A stretch of DNA of 64,000 bases, from the sequence record SRR22947725_1805; one strand, given 5' to 3'. Positions 22,348 through 34,224 of this stretch are shown in pieces. The notes beneath the pieces are model-generated. The model worked only from the letters and a program-made list of their open reading frames with translations, had not been told where the DNA came from and did no database searches. The position numbers and the translations under genes are program-made. Every line of letters begins with the position of its first letter. The stretch's first letter is position 1.

Positions 22348-22743
22348 TTAGTGGGTGTTCGTCGCGGGGTCACACGTGGGTGTTCCACCGGGAAGTTTGT
22401 GGCGAAAGCGGGCGGTGAAGGCATAAATACCGGCGGCCACCCACGACACCGGCGGAAGGGCAATAAGATTCCCCAGAAACCGCAGGCCAAAACGCGATTG
22501 ACTGCGAAGAAGGGCGCTGGCAGCAAGGTGGCCGGCGTATTGGTGAGTGGGGGTGATGTACCAGGCGTACTTTTCCACGTCGTCTTGACTGAGCGCGTAA
22601 TCCTCCAGAGCGAGCGTCTGGGAGGTCTGAATTTTCGGAAAGACGGGGAGCCAGCTTTTCAGGCGGTTGACCCAGAGAGTGCAAAACGCGCAATCGCCGT
22701 CATAGACCAGGACGTGCTGGTCGAAAGAGTTGCGGTGTCCCAT
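22348..22743 (-). CDS. DCC1-like (DUF393) thiol-disulfide oxidoreductase
   Basis: YDGDCAFC (DxxCxxC), R..LPGGTP.C C-terminus. Confidence 0.88.
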   Translation of the reverse strand: MGHRNSFDQHVLVYDGDCAFCTLWVNRLKSWLPVFPKIQTSQTLALEDYALSQDDVEKYAWYITPTHQYAGHLAASALLRSQSRFGLRFLGNLIALPPVSWVAAGIYAFTARFRHKLPGGTPTCDPATNTH

Positions 22744-22843
22744 ACCTCCATGCTAGTTCTCCGGCCTGGATGACCGGTAAGATAGATAAGCAGGGCTTCG
22801 GTGAAGTAGTTTCTGCACTACCCCGCCCCGAAAAGGATCTCTC

Positions 22844-24760
22844 ATGGCTCTTGCCACTCGTAACGACGTGCGTAACGTCGCCATTGTTGCCCACGTTGAC
22901 CACGGAAAGACCACGCTGGTGGATGCCATGTTGCGTCAGACCGGTGCGTTCTCTGATCACGGCCCCGTCACCGAGCGCGCCATGGACTCGGGTGACTTGG
23001 AAAAAGAAAAAGGCATCACGATTCTTGCCAAAAACACCTCCGTCTCTTACAGCGGTGTTCACGCCGGTGGTACACCCATCACTATCAATGTGATTGACAC
23101 CCCCGGCCACGCTGACTTCGGTGGCGAGGTTGAGCGCGGCTTGAGCATGGTCGATGGTGTTGTGCTGCTGGTGGATGCCAGCGAAGGGCCTCTGCCCCAG
23201 ACACGATTTGTGTTGCGCAAGGCGCTGGCGGCAAAACTTCCCGTGATTCTGCTCGTCAACAAAACAGACCGACCTGACTCGCGGATCGACGCTGTCGTCC
23301 ACGAAACCCAAGATCTCCTGCTGGGTCTGGCGAGCGACTTAGCGGATGAAGTGCCTGATGTCGACATTGATTCTTTGCTTGACCTGCCCATCGTGTATGC
23401 CTCGGGCCGCGAAGGCGCTGCGAGCAAGAACAAACCAGCTGATGGAACCCTGCCGGACAACCTCGATCTCGAGCCGCTTTTTGGCGCGATCATCGAACAC
23501 ATCCCCGCCCCGGTCTATGACGATGCTCACCCCCTGCAAGCACACGTCACGAACTTGGACGCTTCCCCGTTCCTCGGACGTATCGCACTGCTTCGTATCT
23601 TCCAAGGGACGATCACTAAGGGCCAGACCGTCGCCTGGGTTCGTCACGATGGCACGGTGTCTAACGTGCGAATCACCGAACTGTTGCGCACCGAAGCGCT
23701 CGAGCGGGTTCCCGCGGCGAGTGCCTCCGCAGGTGACATCGTGGCCGTTGCGGGAATCGAAGACATCACGATCGGTGAAACCATCGCTGACCCGGATGAT
23801 ATTCGCCCGTTGCCCGCCATCACGGTGGACTTGCCCGCTATCTCGATGACCATTGGTACCAACACTTCGCCGCTTGCCGGAACCGTCAAAGGCCACAAGC
23901 TCACCGCTCGGATGGTCAAGGACCGTCTCGATCGCGAACTCATCGGAAACGTTTCACTGAAAGTTGTCGACACGGGTCGCCCGGATTCCTGGGAAGTGCA
24001 AGGCCGAGGCGAATTGGCGCTGGCGATCCTGGTGGAGAACATGCGCCGCGAAGGGTTTGAGCTCAATGTCGGCAAGCCCCAGGTGGTTACCCAGACCATC
24101 GATGGCTCGCTGCACGAGCCTTTTGAGTCCCTCACCATCGACGCGCCCGAAGATTTCGTCGGTGGCATTACCCAGTTGTTGGCCTCTCGCAAGGGTCGCA
24201 TGGACACCATGTCTAATCACGGCACCGGGTGGGTCCGCATGGAATTCACCATTCCTTCGAGAGGCCTGATTGGTTTCCGTACCGACTTCCTCACCCTGAC
24301 CAGAGGTCAGGGAATTGCCAACGCAATCTCTGCGGGTATGGAGAGATGGGCGGGCTCCATTGTTGCCCGAAACACCGGATCCATCGTTTCGGACCGCACC
24401 GGGGCTGTCACGACGAACGCGATGATGACGCTGCAAGAGCGGATGACCTTTTTTGTGAAGCCCGGTGATGCTGTCTATGAGGGCATGGTGGTGGGAGAAA
24501 ACTCCCGCGCTGATGACATGGATGTCAACATCACGAAGGAAAAGAAGCTCAACAACATTCGCTCCTCCACTGCAGAAGAGCTTGAGCGTCTTACCCCGCC
24601 CAGGGATCTTTCCCTGGAGGAGTGTCTTGAGTTCGCCCGAGAAGACGAGTGTGTTGAGGTGACCCCCGAGGTGGTCCGTATTCGCAAGGTGGAATTGGAT
24701 CAGACCGCACGCGGTCGGATGGCTTCTCGGCTGAAGCGCCAAGACGCTTCAGCGGGGTAG
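22844..24760 (+). CDS. typA: translational GTPase TypA/BipA
   Basis: [37 protein letters not shown]. Confidence 0.97.
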   Translation: MALATRNDVRNVAIVAHVDHGKTTLVDAMLRQTGAFSDHGPVTERAMDSGDLEKEKGITILAKNTSVSYSGVHAGGTPITINVIDTPGHADFGGEVERGLSMVDGVVLLVDASEGPLPQTRFVLRKALAAKLPVILLVNKTDRPDSRIDAVVHETQDLLLGLASDLADEVPDVDIDSLLDLPIVYASGREGAASKNKPADGTLPDNLDLEPLFGAIIEHIPAPVYDDAHPLQAHVTNLDASPFLGRIALLRIFQGTITKGQTVAWVRHDGTVSNVRITELLRTEALERVPAASASAGDIVAVAGIEDITIGETIADPDDIRPLPAITVDLPAISMTIGTNTSPLAGTVKGHKLTARMVKDRLDRELIGNVSLKVVDTGRPDSWEVQGRGELALAILVENMRREGFELNVGKPQVVTQTIDGSLHEPFESLTIDAPEDFVGGITQLLASRKGRMDTMSNHGTGWVRMEFTIPSRGLIGFRTDFLTLTRGQGIANAISAGMERWAGSIVARNTGSIVSDRTGAVTTNAMMTLQERMTFFVKPGDAVYEGMVVGENSRADDMDVNITKEKKLNNIRSSTAEELERLTPPRDLSLEECLEFAREDECVEVTPEVVRIRKVELDQTARGRMASRLKRQDASAG

Positions 24761-24780
24761 TCGATAGGTACGCTGAAGGT

Positions 24781-25563
24781 ATGAAGGTCGCACGTTTCAC
24801 CCTGGGCGAGGGGGAGCCCCTCTACGGTGTTGTGGATGGCGATGATCTCGTTGTTTTGGCCGGGGACCCGCTGTATCACGGCATAAATCCCACGGATAAG
24901 CGCGTCCCTCTGGACAAGGTAAAGCTCCTTGCTCCGGTGATTCCGCGGTCTAAAGTGATTTGTGTCGGCATGAATTATGCCGAACACAAGAAAGAGATGG
25001 GCCACGAGGGTCCTGAAAATCCGCTAATTTTCCTGAAACCCAACACGGCGGTGGTGGGGCCGGGTGACCCGATCATTATTCCTCCTGTCGAAGGGCGCAT
25101 CGTCCACGAGGGCGAATTGGCCATCGTGATCGGGTCGGTGGCGAAACGCGTGAAGGCCGAAGATTGGAAAGACGTTGTCTTTGGTTTCACCATCGCCAAC
25201 GATGTGTCGGCCAGAGATGTGATGTTCGCTGATGGCCAGTGGGCCAGGGCCAAAGGCTATGACACCTTTTGCCCGCTCGGGCCTTTCATTGACACAGAGT
25301 TCGACCCGTTTGACGCCCAGATTGAAACATTTGTGGATGGCGAACTGCGTCGCAAAGGCAGCACCAAGGATTTGATTTATTCCATTCCAGAGATCATCGA
25401 ATTTTGCTCCGATGTCTGGACACTGTTGCCCGGAGACGTGATCTGCACCGGGACACCCTCCGGTCTTGGCGGGTTCGTGGATGGACAAACGATTGATATC
25501 ACGATCAAGGGTTTGGGGACCCTCTCTAACCCTGCAAGAAACCGTGATGACCGCACTCGCTAG
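24781..25563 (+). CDS. fumarylacetoacetate hydrolase family protein
   Basis: K..CVG.NY..H, FLKP, HEGELA, NDVSARD, AKGYDTFCPLGP, TGTP. Confidence 0.92.
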   Translation: MKVARFTLGEGEPLYGVVDGDDLVVLAGDPLYHGINPTDKRVPLDKVKLLAPVIPRSKVICVGMNYAEHKKEMGHEGPENPLIFLKPNTAVVGPGDPIIIPPVEGRIVHEGELAIVIGSVAKRVKAEDWKDVVFGFTIANDVSARDVMFADGQWARAKGYDTFCPLGPFIDTEFDPFDAQIETFVDGELRRKGSTKDLIYSIPEIIEFCSDVWTLLPGDVICTGTPSGLGGFVDGQTIDITIKGLGTLSNPARNRDDRTR

Positions 25564-26821
25564 CGACATCGATGTTCCCGCCCTCCAACGCAGGGTCCGA
25601 AACGTGCTGGTTCTGGGACAAATCATGGCAGGCCTCGGCATGGGCGCTACCTTGTCGATGGGTGCGATTCTTGCCGGCAGGCTTTCGGGCTCTGACGCCT
25701 GGTCGGGAATGGCTGCGAGCGTGGCCACCCTGGGCGCGGCATTGGCAGCAATTCCCTTAGCCCGACTCGCTGCGCGATATGGACGGCGGGTGTCACTCAC
25801 CACCGGGGCGCTGATTGCTTCGTCTGGGGCTGTGGTGACGATCACCGCAGTCATTCAGGCGTGGTTTCCCCTGCTCCTGGCCGGCTTAATGCTCATCGGG
25901 GTTGCAACCGCGGTTAATTTGCAGTCGCGTTTTGCCGCCACAGACTTGGCGGCTCCGGCGACCAGAGGCCGAGACCTCTCTGTGGTGGTGTGGGCGACCA
26001 CCGTCGGCGCGGTATCGGGACCCAATCTTCTTGTTCCGGGCGAAGCACTCGGGCGCTACCTTGGGTTGCCCGAACTCGCGGGACCTTTTGTTTTTAGCCT
26101 TATCGCCCAACTCTTAGCCGCCGTGGTCTATATCGTCGCCCTAAAACCTGACCCCCTCAAGCTCGCCGGTGAGCTTTCTAGCGGCACCCTCAAGGCTGGC
26201 GTCGGGGGAATCGCGCCGGTTGTCGATAACCCGGTCATGGCGAAAACGGCGATAACTGCCACTGCCCTCAGCCACGCCACGATGGTGTCGGTGATGGCGA
26301 TGACTCCGGTTCACTTGGTAAATCACGGGGCATCATTAGCCATCGTGGGCTTCACGATTTCGCTTCACATCGCGGGCATGTATGCCCTGTCCCCGGTTTT
26401 TGGAATGATCGCGGATAAGTTCGGCCGCATTTCCACCATTTTGTTGGGCCAAGCAATTCTGGCGTTGAGCCTAGCCTTCACGGGTTTTGGGGCGGATAAC
26501 GAGATCGCTGTGGTTGTCGGCTTGGTCCTGTTGGGCCTGGGCTGGAGTGCTTCGACGGTGGCGGGATCAACGCTATTGACCGAATCGACGTCTATCGATA
26601 AAAGGGCCTCCCGGCAGGGAGTGTCTGACCTGTTGATGAGCGGCTCGGGTGCTGTTGGTGGCGCACTCGCCGGTGTTGCCCTGGCGCTGATGGGATACAG
26701 CGGTTTGTCCTTCGCGGCACTGGCGCTAGTGGTGTCGGTGTTGATTCGTGTGTTTGTGACATCTTCTGCCCGCAACCAAGCCCCACCTAGTCGTGGTGAC
26801 TATGTCACCTACGACATCTAA
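25547..26821 (+). CDS. MFS transporter
   Basis: About 12 hydrophobic segments, LAARYGRR and ADKFGR motif A repeats; start MTALASD at 25547. Confidence 0.85.
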   Translation: MTALASDIDVPALQRRVRNVLVLGQIMAGLGMGATLSMGAILAGRLSGSDAWSGMAASVATLGAALAAIPLARLAARYGRRVSLTTGALIASSGAVVTITAVIQAWFPLLLAGLMLIGVATAVNLQSRFAATDLAAPATRGRDLSVVVWATTVGAVSGPNLLVPGEALGRYLGLPELAGPFVFSLIAQLLAAVVYIVALKPDPLKLAGELSSGTLKAGVGGIAPVVDNPVMAKTAITATALSHATMVSVMAMTPVHLVNHGASLAIVGFTISLHIAGMYALSPVFGMIADKFGRISTILLGQAILALSLAFTGFGADNEIAVVVGLVLLGLGWSASTVAGSTLLTESTSIDKRASRQGVSDLLMSGSGAVGGALAGVALALMGYSGLSFAALALVVSVLIRVFVTSSARNQAPPSRGDYVTYDI

Positions 26822-26845
26822 GTTCTGGAGAAAAGGAGAGACACT

Positions 26846-28342
26846 GTGACTGTTTTGACCACTCAGGCCACCGGTTCCGATGTTCGGGTTCGTTTTTGTC
26901 CTTCACCCACCGGCACCCCCCACGTGGGATTGGTTCGCACCGCGTTGTTCAATTGGGCTTTTGCCCGCCATCACGGCGGGGCCTTTGTCTTTCGTATTGA
27001 AGACACGGACGCGGAGCGCGATAGTGAAGAGAGCTACCACCAGTTGCTCGAAGCGCTTCGATGGTTGGGACTGGACTGGGACGAGGGACCCGAAATCGGC
27101 GGCCCTTATGCCCCGTATCGGCAGTCTGAGCGGTCTGAGCTTTACCAGGACATCATCGCCACGTTGTTGGAGGCGGGCCACCTGTATGAAAGTTTTGTCA
27201 CCAACGAGGAAATGATTGCCCGCAACGAGTCTTTGGGCCGTGACCCCAAGCAGGGATACGACAATCACGAACGGGATCTCACGGATGCAAAACGCCAGGC
27301 CTTCCGCGACGAGGGACGGGTCCCCGCGCTGCGCTTGCGGGTGCCCGAGTTGGACCGCGGTTTCGATGATTTGGTGCGCGGCGAGGTTCTCTTTCCCGCC
27401 ACCTCCACCACGGACTTCGTTCTTGTCCGGGCTGGCGGGAAGCCTCTGTATACCTTTGTGAACCCCGTCGATGATGCCCTGATGGGCATCACCCACGTGC
27501 TGCGCGGGGAAGACCTTCTGTCCTCCACTCCCCGTCAGATTGCCCTTTACACGGCGCTGGTTGATATTGGGGTTGCCAGCCACATTCCTCGCTTTGGTCA
27601 CTTGCCGTTTGTGATGGGGGAAGGGAATAAGAAACTTTCGAAACGGGACCCTGAAGCGAACCTTTTCCACCACCGGGACCGTGGCTTCATCAAAGAGGGT
27701 TTGCTCAATTACCTCTCGCTATTGGGGTGGTCTTTGGCGCCGGATCGGGACGTGTTTAGCATCGATGAAATGGTCAAAGCCTTTGATATCAGCACCGTAA
27801 ACCCTAATCCCGCGCGGTTTGACCTAAAGAAGGCTGAATCCATCAACGGTGACCACATTCGGCTGCTCTCCCCAGAAGACTTTTTAGACCGCTGCCTCCC
27901 CTATCTCCGCGAAGCAGGGGTTGTGGAGGAGACACTCACAGAGCGCGAGCAGGGGATACTCCACGACATTCTTCCCCACGTCCACCAGCGCGTAGGGCTC
28001 CTGGGGGAAGTGGCCCCGATGGTGGCCTTCCTGTTTACCGCAGATACCGACCTGGTCATTGCCCAGGATGCTGCCTCCACCCTGAACGACTCAGCTTCTG
28101 CCGTTCTGGATGCCACCCTGGAGGCTCTTGGCGGGCTTGACAGCTGGCAGATCGAGTCGTTGGAAGAAACGCTTCGGGAAACTTTGGTGGAGAAAATGGG
28201 CATTTCCCCCCGGCATGCTTTTGGGCCTTTGCGAGTGGCAATTTCGGGTCGCCGCGTCAGCCCACCACTGTTTGAATCGATGCAGGTCCTCGGCCGAGAA
28301 TCGAGCATGGCCCGATTGGCACAGCTTCGCTCTTCGCTCTAG
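26846..28342 (+). CDS. gltX: glutamate--tRNA ligase
   Basis: [11 protein letters not shown] (HIGH), RIEDTD, KKLSKR (KMSKS). Confidence 0.97.
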   Translation: MTVLTTQATGSDVRVRFCPSPTGTPHVGLVRTALFNWAFARHHGGAFVFRIEDTDAERDSEESYHQLLEALRWLGLDWDEGPEIGGPYAPYRQSERSELYQDIIATLLEAGHLYESFVTNEEMIARNESLGRDPKQGYDNHERDLTDAKRQAFRDEGRVPALRLRVPELDRGFDDLVRGEVLFPATSTTDFVLVRAGGKPLYTFVNPVDDALMGITHVLRGEDLLSSTPRQIALYTALVDIGVASHIPRFGHLPFVMGEGNKKLSKRDPEANLFHHRDRGFIKEGLLNYLSLLGWSLAPDRDVFSIDEMVKAFDISTVNPNPARFDLKKAESINGDHIRLLSPEDFLDRCLPYLREAGVVEETLTEREQGILHDILPHVHQRVGLLGEVAPMVAFLFTADTDLVIAQDAASTLNDSASAVLDATLEALGGLDSWQIESLEETLRETLVEKMGISPRHAFGPLRVAISGRRVSPPLFESMQVLGRESSMARLAQLRSSL

Positions 28343-28390
28343 GCGTGCGATAAGCTAGGGCCGTCCACTTAGGGCTTGCGCGCTAAGCGG

Positions 28391-28462
28391 TGGGGTGTGG
28401 TGTAATTGGCAACACGGCTGATTCTGGTTCAGTTGTTCTTGGTTCGAGTCCAGGCACCCCAG
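28391..28462 (+). tRNA. tRNA-Gln (CTG)
   Basis: Acceptor stem TGGGGTG/CACCCCA, anticodon loop TT-CTG-GT, GGTTCGAGTCC T-arm. Confidence 0.96.
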
Positions 28463-28619
28463 CAAATCATGTGCTTCTCGGCAACCGTTGCCAGTTGACC
28501 TCCCTTTTTGCCGCCCCCGCAGGTCCGGGGTTCTCCTGTCGCGTCATGGTCGAGGCATTCTCTAGAGTGTGAGTGGCGACGCTGTGTCGCTCACGGGTTC
28601 TCATCAAGGGGCGATCGAC

Positions 28620-29546
28620 ATGGGTGCGACTAACACCAAGCTCGTCGTCGCCATCAATCCCAGCGCATCGTTTGGGAAAAACGCCTCTGTTGGTGAGCAG
28701 GTGGTCGTGGGGCTTCGAGCCGCTGGATGGGATGTGATTCCCGCACAAGCGGAGAGCCTGGAGGGTGTGAAACGTATTCTCGAGGGAATTCTTGATCCCA
28801 CCCTTCGCGCTCTGGTTGTTGTCGGTGGCGATGGAATGGTTCACATGGGAGTGGATTTTTGCGTTCGCTTAGGGATCCCCTTGGGGGTGATTCCTTCGGG
28901 AACAGGCAATGACCTTGCCCGACACCTGGGTATACCACTCGACCTCGATGACGCGCTGCGCGCGCTGATTCAAGCGTTAGAGGGTGAACCGCTTGTTGTT
29001 GACCACGGGTTGGCGCGGGGTGGGGACTCTCTTCCGCACCCGTTTGCCTGCGTCCTTTCCGCTGGCTTTGATGCCATCGTGAACGAACGCGCGAATCGGC
29101 TGCGATTCCCCAAGGGTCGACACCGATACACCCTGGCGTTGCTGATCGAGCTGATTAAGCTTCGTCCCCTTTCCTACACGTTGGAGATTGACGGCGTGAA
29201 AGAAACCGGGAAATATCTGCTGGTGGCCGTGGCGAATTCACGAAGCTTTGGCGGCGGGATGAAAGTTACCCCGCAGGCGAGCCTGCAGGATGGACGACTC
29301 GATGTTTTTACCTTGCGACCGCTCTCAAGACTTGCGTTCTTGCGTATTTATCCCCGGGTGTTTGCTGGGACGCATGTCAGTGATCCACGGGTGAGTATTC
29401 GCCAGGCTGAGAGAGTCACGATCGAATGCGAGAGGGTCGTTGCCTACGCCGATGGCGAGGCAGTAGGCCCTTTGCCACTAGATATTTCTGTCATCCCCGG
29501 GGTGCTGAAGGTTTTTGCGCCGGTATTGGCGCGGGACCAGGATTAG
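28620..29546 (+). CDS. diacylglycerol/lipid kinase family (YegS/DgkB-like)
   Basis: INP.A..G, GGDG, PSGTGND.AR, N.RSFGGG, YADGE; start could alternatively be 28569. Confidence 0.9.
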   Translation: MGATNTKLVVAINPSASFGKNASVGEQVVVGLRAAGWDVIPAQAESLEGVKRILEGILDPTLRALVVVGGDGMVHMGVDFCVRLGIPLGVIPSGTGNDLARHLGIPLDLDDALRALIQALEGEPLVVDHGLARGGDSLPHPFACVLSAGFDAIVNERANRLRFPKGRHRYTLALLIELIKLRPLSYTLEIDGVKETGKYLLVAVANSRSFGGGMKVTPQASLQDGRLDVFTLRPLSRLAFLRIYPRVFAGTHVSDPRVSIRQAERVTIECERVVAYADGEAVGPLPLDISVIPGVLKVFAPVLARDQD

Positions 29547-29573
29547 TGTCATACTTCCATGTGTTGGTTGAAG

Positions 29574-29646
29574 GGCCCCATCGTATAGCGGCCTAGTACG
29601 CTGCCCTCTCACGGCGGTAACGCGGGTTCGAATCCCGCTGGGGTCA
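29574..29646 (+). tRNA. tRNA-Glu (CTC)
   Basis: Acceptor stem GGCCCCA/TGGGGTC, anticodon loop CT-CTC-AC, GGTTCGAATCC. Confidence 0.96.
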
Positions 29647-29668
29647 CCCTTTCCACACAGCAGGTTTG

Positions 29669-29690
29669 AAGGCCCCCTGGGGGCCTTATT
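29669..29690 (+). terminator. hairpin after tRNA-Glu
   Basis: AAGGCCCC-CTG-GGGGCCTT 8-bp stem with a weak T tail. Confidence 0.5.
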
Positions 29691-29741
29691 CCTCGTACAC
29701 TGGGGGCTTGCTGCGGGGACAGACACGCCCAGGCAGATCGG

Positions 29742-30749
29742 ATGATTGTGGAGTTTCAGGTACCGCTGTGGTTTGAGGTGGGCTCGCTGGTCGTACTTTC
29801 CCTGGTCCTGATTGCGGATCTGATGCTGGCGGTCTGGCGTCCACACGAGCCTTCGACACGCGAATCCGCCCTCTGGGTTAGCTTTTATGTGGTCCTTGCC
29901 CTGGGCTTTGCGTGGTTGATGTTCATCGTCGCCGGAGCGCAATACGGCGCCGAATTCTTGGCAGGTTGGGTCACCGAATACAGCCTCTCGATCGACAATT
30001 TGTTTGTGTTTGTGCTTATCCTGGCTTCGTTCAATGTCCCTCGGAAGTATCAGCAACAGGTGCTGATGATAGGGATTCTGCTGGCCATTGTGTTCCGGGG
30101 TGCCTTCATCCTGCTGGGAGCGGCGTTGATCGCGAGCTTCAGCTGGATCTTCTATGTTTTTGGGGCGTTTCTTGTCGTTGTCGGTGTCCAGCAGTTCTTC
30201 AGCGGCAGAAGCGATGACGTGGAACGAGAAAGCAAGCTCAGCGCTTTCCTCTCTCAGCGACTTGATGTGGTCAATGAATACGACGGACTCAAGCTCCGGA
30301 TCCAGCACCAGGGGAGAAAAGCCTTCACCCCGGTCATCGTGGTGTTGATTGCGCTGGGAACCGCAGACGTAATCTTCGCGGTGGACTCGATCCCTGCCAT
30401 CTATGGAATTACCGAAAGCCCGTTCATTGTCTTTACCGCCAACGTGTTCGCCCTCATGGGTCTGCGTCAGTTGTATTTCTTGCTGGGACACCTCATCGAC
30501 AAACTGGAATACCTGCACTGGGGGATTGCCTTCATCCTGACCTTCATCGGACTCAAGCTTGTCTTCCACGCACTGCACGAAAACGAGCTCCCGTTCCTGA
30601 ACGGCGGGGAGCATATTCTGTGGGCACCAGACATTGGCACCTGGGAATCGTTGATCGTGATTGTCGCCGCTATGGCGGTCGCCGTAATTGCCAGTGTGTT
30701 CAAGCTGCGACAAGACAACAAGCAGGCCGCCCTTCGAAGCAAGGAATAG
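29742..30749 (+). CDS. TerC/Alx family metal homeostasis membrane protein
   Basis: [32 protein letters not shown]. Confidence 0.93.
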   Translation: MIVEFQVPLWFEVGSLVVLSLVLIADLMLAVWRPHEPSTRESALWVSFYVVLALGFAWLMFIVAGAQYGAEFLAGWVTEYSLSIDNLFVFVLILASFNVPRKYQQQVLMIGILLAIVFRGAFILLGAALIASFSWIFYVFGAFLVVVGVQQFFSGRSDDVERESKLSAFLSQRLDVVNEYDGLKLRIQHQGRKAFTPVIVVLIALGTADVIFAVDSIPAIYGITESPFIVFTANVFALMGLRQLYFLLGHLIDKLEYLHWGIAFILTFIGLKLVFHALHENELPFLNGGEHILWAPDIGTWESLIVIVAAMAVAVIASVFKLRQDNKQAALRSKE

Positions 30750-30831
30750 CCCCTGGGCTAAGCTGAGGGACGCCCTTCCGAGCGACACGAAGGGCACGTC
30801 CGAGGCATCGAGAGAAGAAAGGGTGAAGGTT

Positions 30832-32256
30832 ATGGCTCCACGCACACTCGCCCAAAAGCTATGGGATGACCACCTTGTCGCCCGAGGCGACAACGGAGAA
30901 CCCGACCTTGTCTATATCGACCTCCACCTCGTTCACGAAGTCACCAGCCCCCAAGCTTTTGATGGGCTTCGCGTCGCAGGCAGGCGGGTGCGCCGCCCTG
31001 ATCTGACGATTGCTACCGAAGACCACAACACCCCCACTATCAACATTGACAAGCCCATTGCCGAGCCCACCTCGCGGATTCAAATCGAGACGCTGCGCAA
31101 GAACTGCGAAGAATTTGGGGTTCGGTTGCACTCCTTGGGTGATATCGAACAGGGCATTGTTCACGTGGTCGGGCCCCAGTTAGGCCTCACCATGCCCGGC
31201 ATGACCGTGGTGTGTGGCGATTCTCACACCTCGACCCATGGCGCCTTTGGCGCGATGGCGTTGGGGATTGGAACCAGCGAGGTGGAACACGTCCTGGCCA
31301 CCCAAACTCTGCCGCTAAAGCCCTTCAAGACCATGTCCATCACGGTTGAGGGTGAACTACGGCCCGGGGTGAGCGCTAAGGACATCATCTTGGCGATCAT
31401 CGCAAAGATCGGCACCGGCGGCGGTCAGGGCTATGTCCTGGAATACCGAGGCAGCGCGATTCGCGCTTTGGGCATGGATGGCCGCATGACGATGTGCAAC
31501 ATGTCGATTGAAGCGGGTGCAAGGGCAGGGATCATTGCCCCCGACCAGATCACCTACGACTACGTTCACGGTCGCCCCCACGCTCCCGAAGGGGCTGCGT
31601 GGGACGAGGCCATGGAGTACTGGTCAACACTCCACACCGATGAGGGTGCCGTTTTTGATGCCGAGGTTTTTCTTGACGCGAATGACTTGGAAGCTTTTGT
31701 CACGTGGGGCACTAACCCCGGCCAGGGCGTGTCCCTCAACGGCGTGGTTCCCAACCCTGCCGATATGAGTGATGAGCACGAAAAGGCTGCCGCGTTGCGG
31801 GCCCTGGAATATATGGATTTGAGTCCTGGAACGCGAATGAAAGACATTCCGGTGGACACCGTTTTTATGGGCTCCTGCACCAACTCCCGCCTGGATGACC
31901 TGCGCACCTTTGCCAGCATCATCAAAGGCCACGCGAAAGCAGAAGGGGTGCGGGTGATGGTGGTGCCAGGCTCGGCCAGAGTGCGTTTGGAGGCGGAAGC
32001 CGAAGGAATCGACAAGATTGTGGAGGACTTTGGCGGTGAATGGCGCTTTGCGGGATGTTCCATGTGCCTGGGAATGAATCCTGACCAATTAGCTCCGGGC
32101 GAGCGGGCTGCCTCCACCTCAAACCGCAACTTTGAAGGCCGCCAGGGCAAGGGTGGCAGGACCCACCTGGTGTCGCCGATGGTGGCTGCCGCCACCGCTA
32201 TCCGTGGCACCCTCTCGAGCCCCTCAGATGTCTCAGCAGAAAAGGTCGGTGCCTAG
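30832..32256 (+). CDS. leuC: 3-isopropylmalate dehydratase large subunit
   Basis: [48 protein letters not shown]. Confidence 0.98.
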   Translation: MAPRTLAQKLWDDHLVARGDNGEPDLVYIDLHLVHEVTSPQAFDGLRVAGRRVRRPDLTIATEDHNTPTINIDKPIAEPTSRIQIETLRKNCEEFGVRLHSLGDIEQGIVHVVGPQLGLTMPGMTVVCGDSHTSTHGAFGAMALGIGTSEVEHVLATQTLPLKPFKTMSITVEGELRPGVSAKDIILAIIAKIGTGGGQGYVLEYRGSAIRALGMDGRMTMCNMSIEAGARAGIIAPDQITYDYVHGRPHAPEGAAWDEAMEYWSTLHTDEGAVFDAEVFLDANDLEAFVTWGTNPGQGVSLNGVVPNPADMSDEHEKAAALRALEYMDLSPGTRMKDIPVDTVFMGSCTNSRLDDLRTFASIIKGHAKAEGVRVMVVPGSARVRLEAEAEGIDKIVEDFGGEWRFAGCSMCLGMNPDQLAPGERAASTSNRNFEGRQGKGGRTHLVSPMVAAATAIRGTLSSPSDVSAEKVGA

Positions 32257-32858
32257 TGGACAAGATCACGATTCTCCAAGGCCCAGGGATCCCGCTCAAG
32301 CGCAGCAACGTCGACACCGACCAAATCATCCCAGCGGAGTTTCTCAAGCGCGTGACGAAAACAGGGTATGACGATGCACTGTTTTATGCCTGGCGCCAAG
32401 ATGAGAGCTTCGTGCTGAACCAGGAGCCGTATTCTGCCGGTGGAGTTCTCGTTGCCGGTCCCGACTTTGGCACCGGCTCTTCGAGAGAGCACGCCGTGTG
32501 GGCGCTGAAGGACTTTGGAATTACCGCCGTTATCTCAGCACGGTTTGGGGATATTTTCCGCTCGAACGCTGGAAAACAGGGTTTGGTAACGGCCGTGGTC
32601 CCCGAAGAAGTTGTGCTGGCGCTGTGGGCGGCCATTGAAGCCGAGCCTGGTGTAGCCATCACCGTGGATATGGGAGCCCGAGAAATTCGCTGTGGCGAGA
32701 TGGTGGCTTCTTTTGAGCTCGATGACTACACCCGCTGGCGGTTGATGGAAGGTCTTGACGACATCGATTTGAGCTTGACACACGCTGACGCGATTGAGAA
32801 GTTTGAACACCTGCGCGGCAACTGGCGCCCCACCACGCTTCCGGCGAGGACCGCCTAA
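32256..32858 (+). CDS. leuD: 3-isopropylmalate dehydratase small subunit
   Basis: [24 protein letters not shown]. Confidence 0.97.
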   Translation: MDKITILQGPGIPLKRSNVDTDQIIPAEFLKRVTKTGYDDALFYAWRQDESFVLNQEPYSAGGVLVAGPDFGTGSSREHAVWALKDFGITAVISARFGDIFRSNAGKQGLVTAVVPEEVVLALWAAIEAEPGVAITVDMGAREIRCGEMVASFELDDYTRWRLMEGLDDIDLSLTHADAIEKFEHLRGNWRPTTLPARTA

Positions 32859-34220
32859 GTGGCTGGCGACGCTGCGGCCAGCGTGATTCTTCCCACCGCG
32901 GAAGAGGCGGAAACCGTGACCTTCGAGGGCGGCAGGCCACTCGTGGGAGAGGTCGAGGTGCGCGGGGCAAAGAACCTGGTGACCAAAGCAATGGTGGCGG
33001 CACTGTTGGGCGATTCACCCAGCATCTTGCGCGGCGTTCCCCACATTCGCGACGTTGCTGTGGTGAAAGGGCTCCTCGAAGCCCACGCCGTGGAGGTCTC
33101 GGAACCCTCCGATGGCGAGCTCGTGCTCGACCCGCGACAAGCCAAGAGCGCACACTTCGCTGAAATTGATGCGCATGCCGGTTCCAGCAGGATCCCCATT
33201 CTTTTTTGCGGACCGCTGCTTCACCAGTTGGGTGAAGCGTTTATTCCCGACCTGGGGGGATGCCGCATTGGGGATCGCCCGATTAACTTCCACCTCGATG
33301 CGTTGCGCGCCTTCGGTGCTGAAATTGATAAGAGCCACGAGGGAATTCGCCTCACGGCACCCCGCCGGCTGGTCGGGGCGAGAGTGGATTTGCCCTACCC
33401 CAGTGTTGGGGCAACCGAACAGGTCCTGTTGACCGCGGTTCGCGCTCAAGGGGTCACAGAGTTGACGAACGCAGCTATCGAGCCAGAAATTATGGATCTG
33501 ATTCAGATTTTGCAAAAAATGGGCGCCATTATTTTGGTGGAACCTAACCGCACCATCGTCATCGAGGGAGTCGATTCCCTCGAGGGATATCGCCACAAGG
33601 CAATTTCTGACCGGAGTGAAGCTGCCAGCTGGGCTGCGGCGGCGCTGGCGACCCGGGGGGACATTTATGTCAAGGGCGCCGCTCAACAAGACTTGATGAC
33701 GTTTCTGAATGTCTATCGGAAGGTCGGCGGGCTTTTTGATGTTGACGATCATGGAATTCGTTTTTCTCACCCCGGTGGCGACATCAAGCCCGTCGTCATC
33801 GAAACAGATGTTCACCCGGGTTTCATGACCGATTGGCAACAACCCATGGTGGTGGCGCTCACCCAAGCGCAGGGTCGCTCCATCGTTCACGAAACGGTGT
33901 ATGAAAACCGGTTCGGTTTTACCGACGCGCTCACTGACATGGGAGCGAACATCGAGGTCTATAAAGAAGGCATCGCCAGCATTACCCGTCGCGTTCCCCG
34001 AAGGCCCCTCGAGCAGGCGGCCGTCATCACCGGGCCCACCCCGCTTCATGGCGCTGATATTCGCGTCCCCGATCTTCGGGGCGGTTTCTCTCACGTCATT
34101 GCCGCCGTGACAGCGTCGGGACCCTCGACAGTGTCGAACCTGGGCATCATCTCTCGGGGGTATGAGCACCTCTTGGCAAAACTCTCTGGTCTGGGAGCGA
34201 CGTTCGAGCAGAAGGCGTAG
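32859..34220 (+). CDS. murA: UDP-N-acetylglucosamine 1-carboxyvinyltransferase
   Basis: GAKN, GGCRIGDRPI..H, SVGATE, PGF.TD.Q, ENRF, DLRGG, RGYE. Confidence 0.95.
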   Translation: MAGDAAASVILPTAEEAETVTFEGGRPLVGEVEVRGAKNLVTKAMVAALLGDSPSILRGVPHIRDVAVVKGLLEAHAVEVSEPSDGELVLDPRQAKSAHFAEIDAHAGSSRIPILFCGPLLHQLGEAFIPDLGGCRIGDRPINFHLDALRAFGAEIDKSHEGIRLTAPRRLVGARVDLPYPSVGATEQVLLTAVRAQGVTELTNAAIEPEIMDLIQILQKMGAIILVEPNRTIVIEGVDSLEGYRHKAISDRSEAASWAAAALATRGDIYVKGAAQQDLMTFLNVYRKVGGLFDVDDHGIRFSHPGGDIKPVVIETDVHPGFMTDWQQPMVVALTQAQGRSIVHETVYENRFGFTDALTDMGANIEVYKEGIASITRRVPRRPLEQAAVITGPTPLHGADIRVPDLRGGFSHVIAAVTASGPSTVSNLGIISRGYEHLLAKLSGLGATFEQKA

Positions 34221-34224
34221 GTCG

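Noticed and set aside
28463-29573. Lipid kinase gene between tRNA-Gln and tRNA-Glu as an integrated element
   Set aside because: There is no direct repeat of the tRNA ends, no mobility gene and no obvious compositional shift.
29690-29741. yybP-ykoY Mn riboswitch expected before the terC/alx gene
   Set aside because: The leader is only about 35 nt after a TACACT box and lacks the GGGGAGUA/AGACC and L3 elements.
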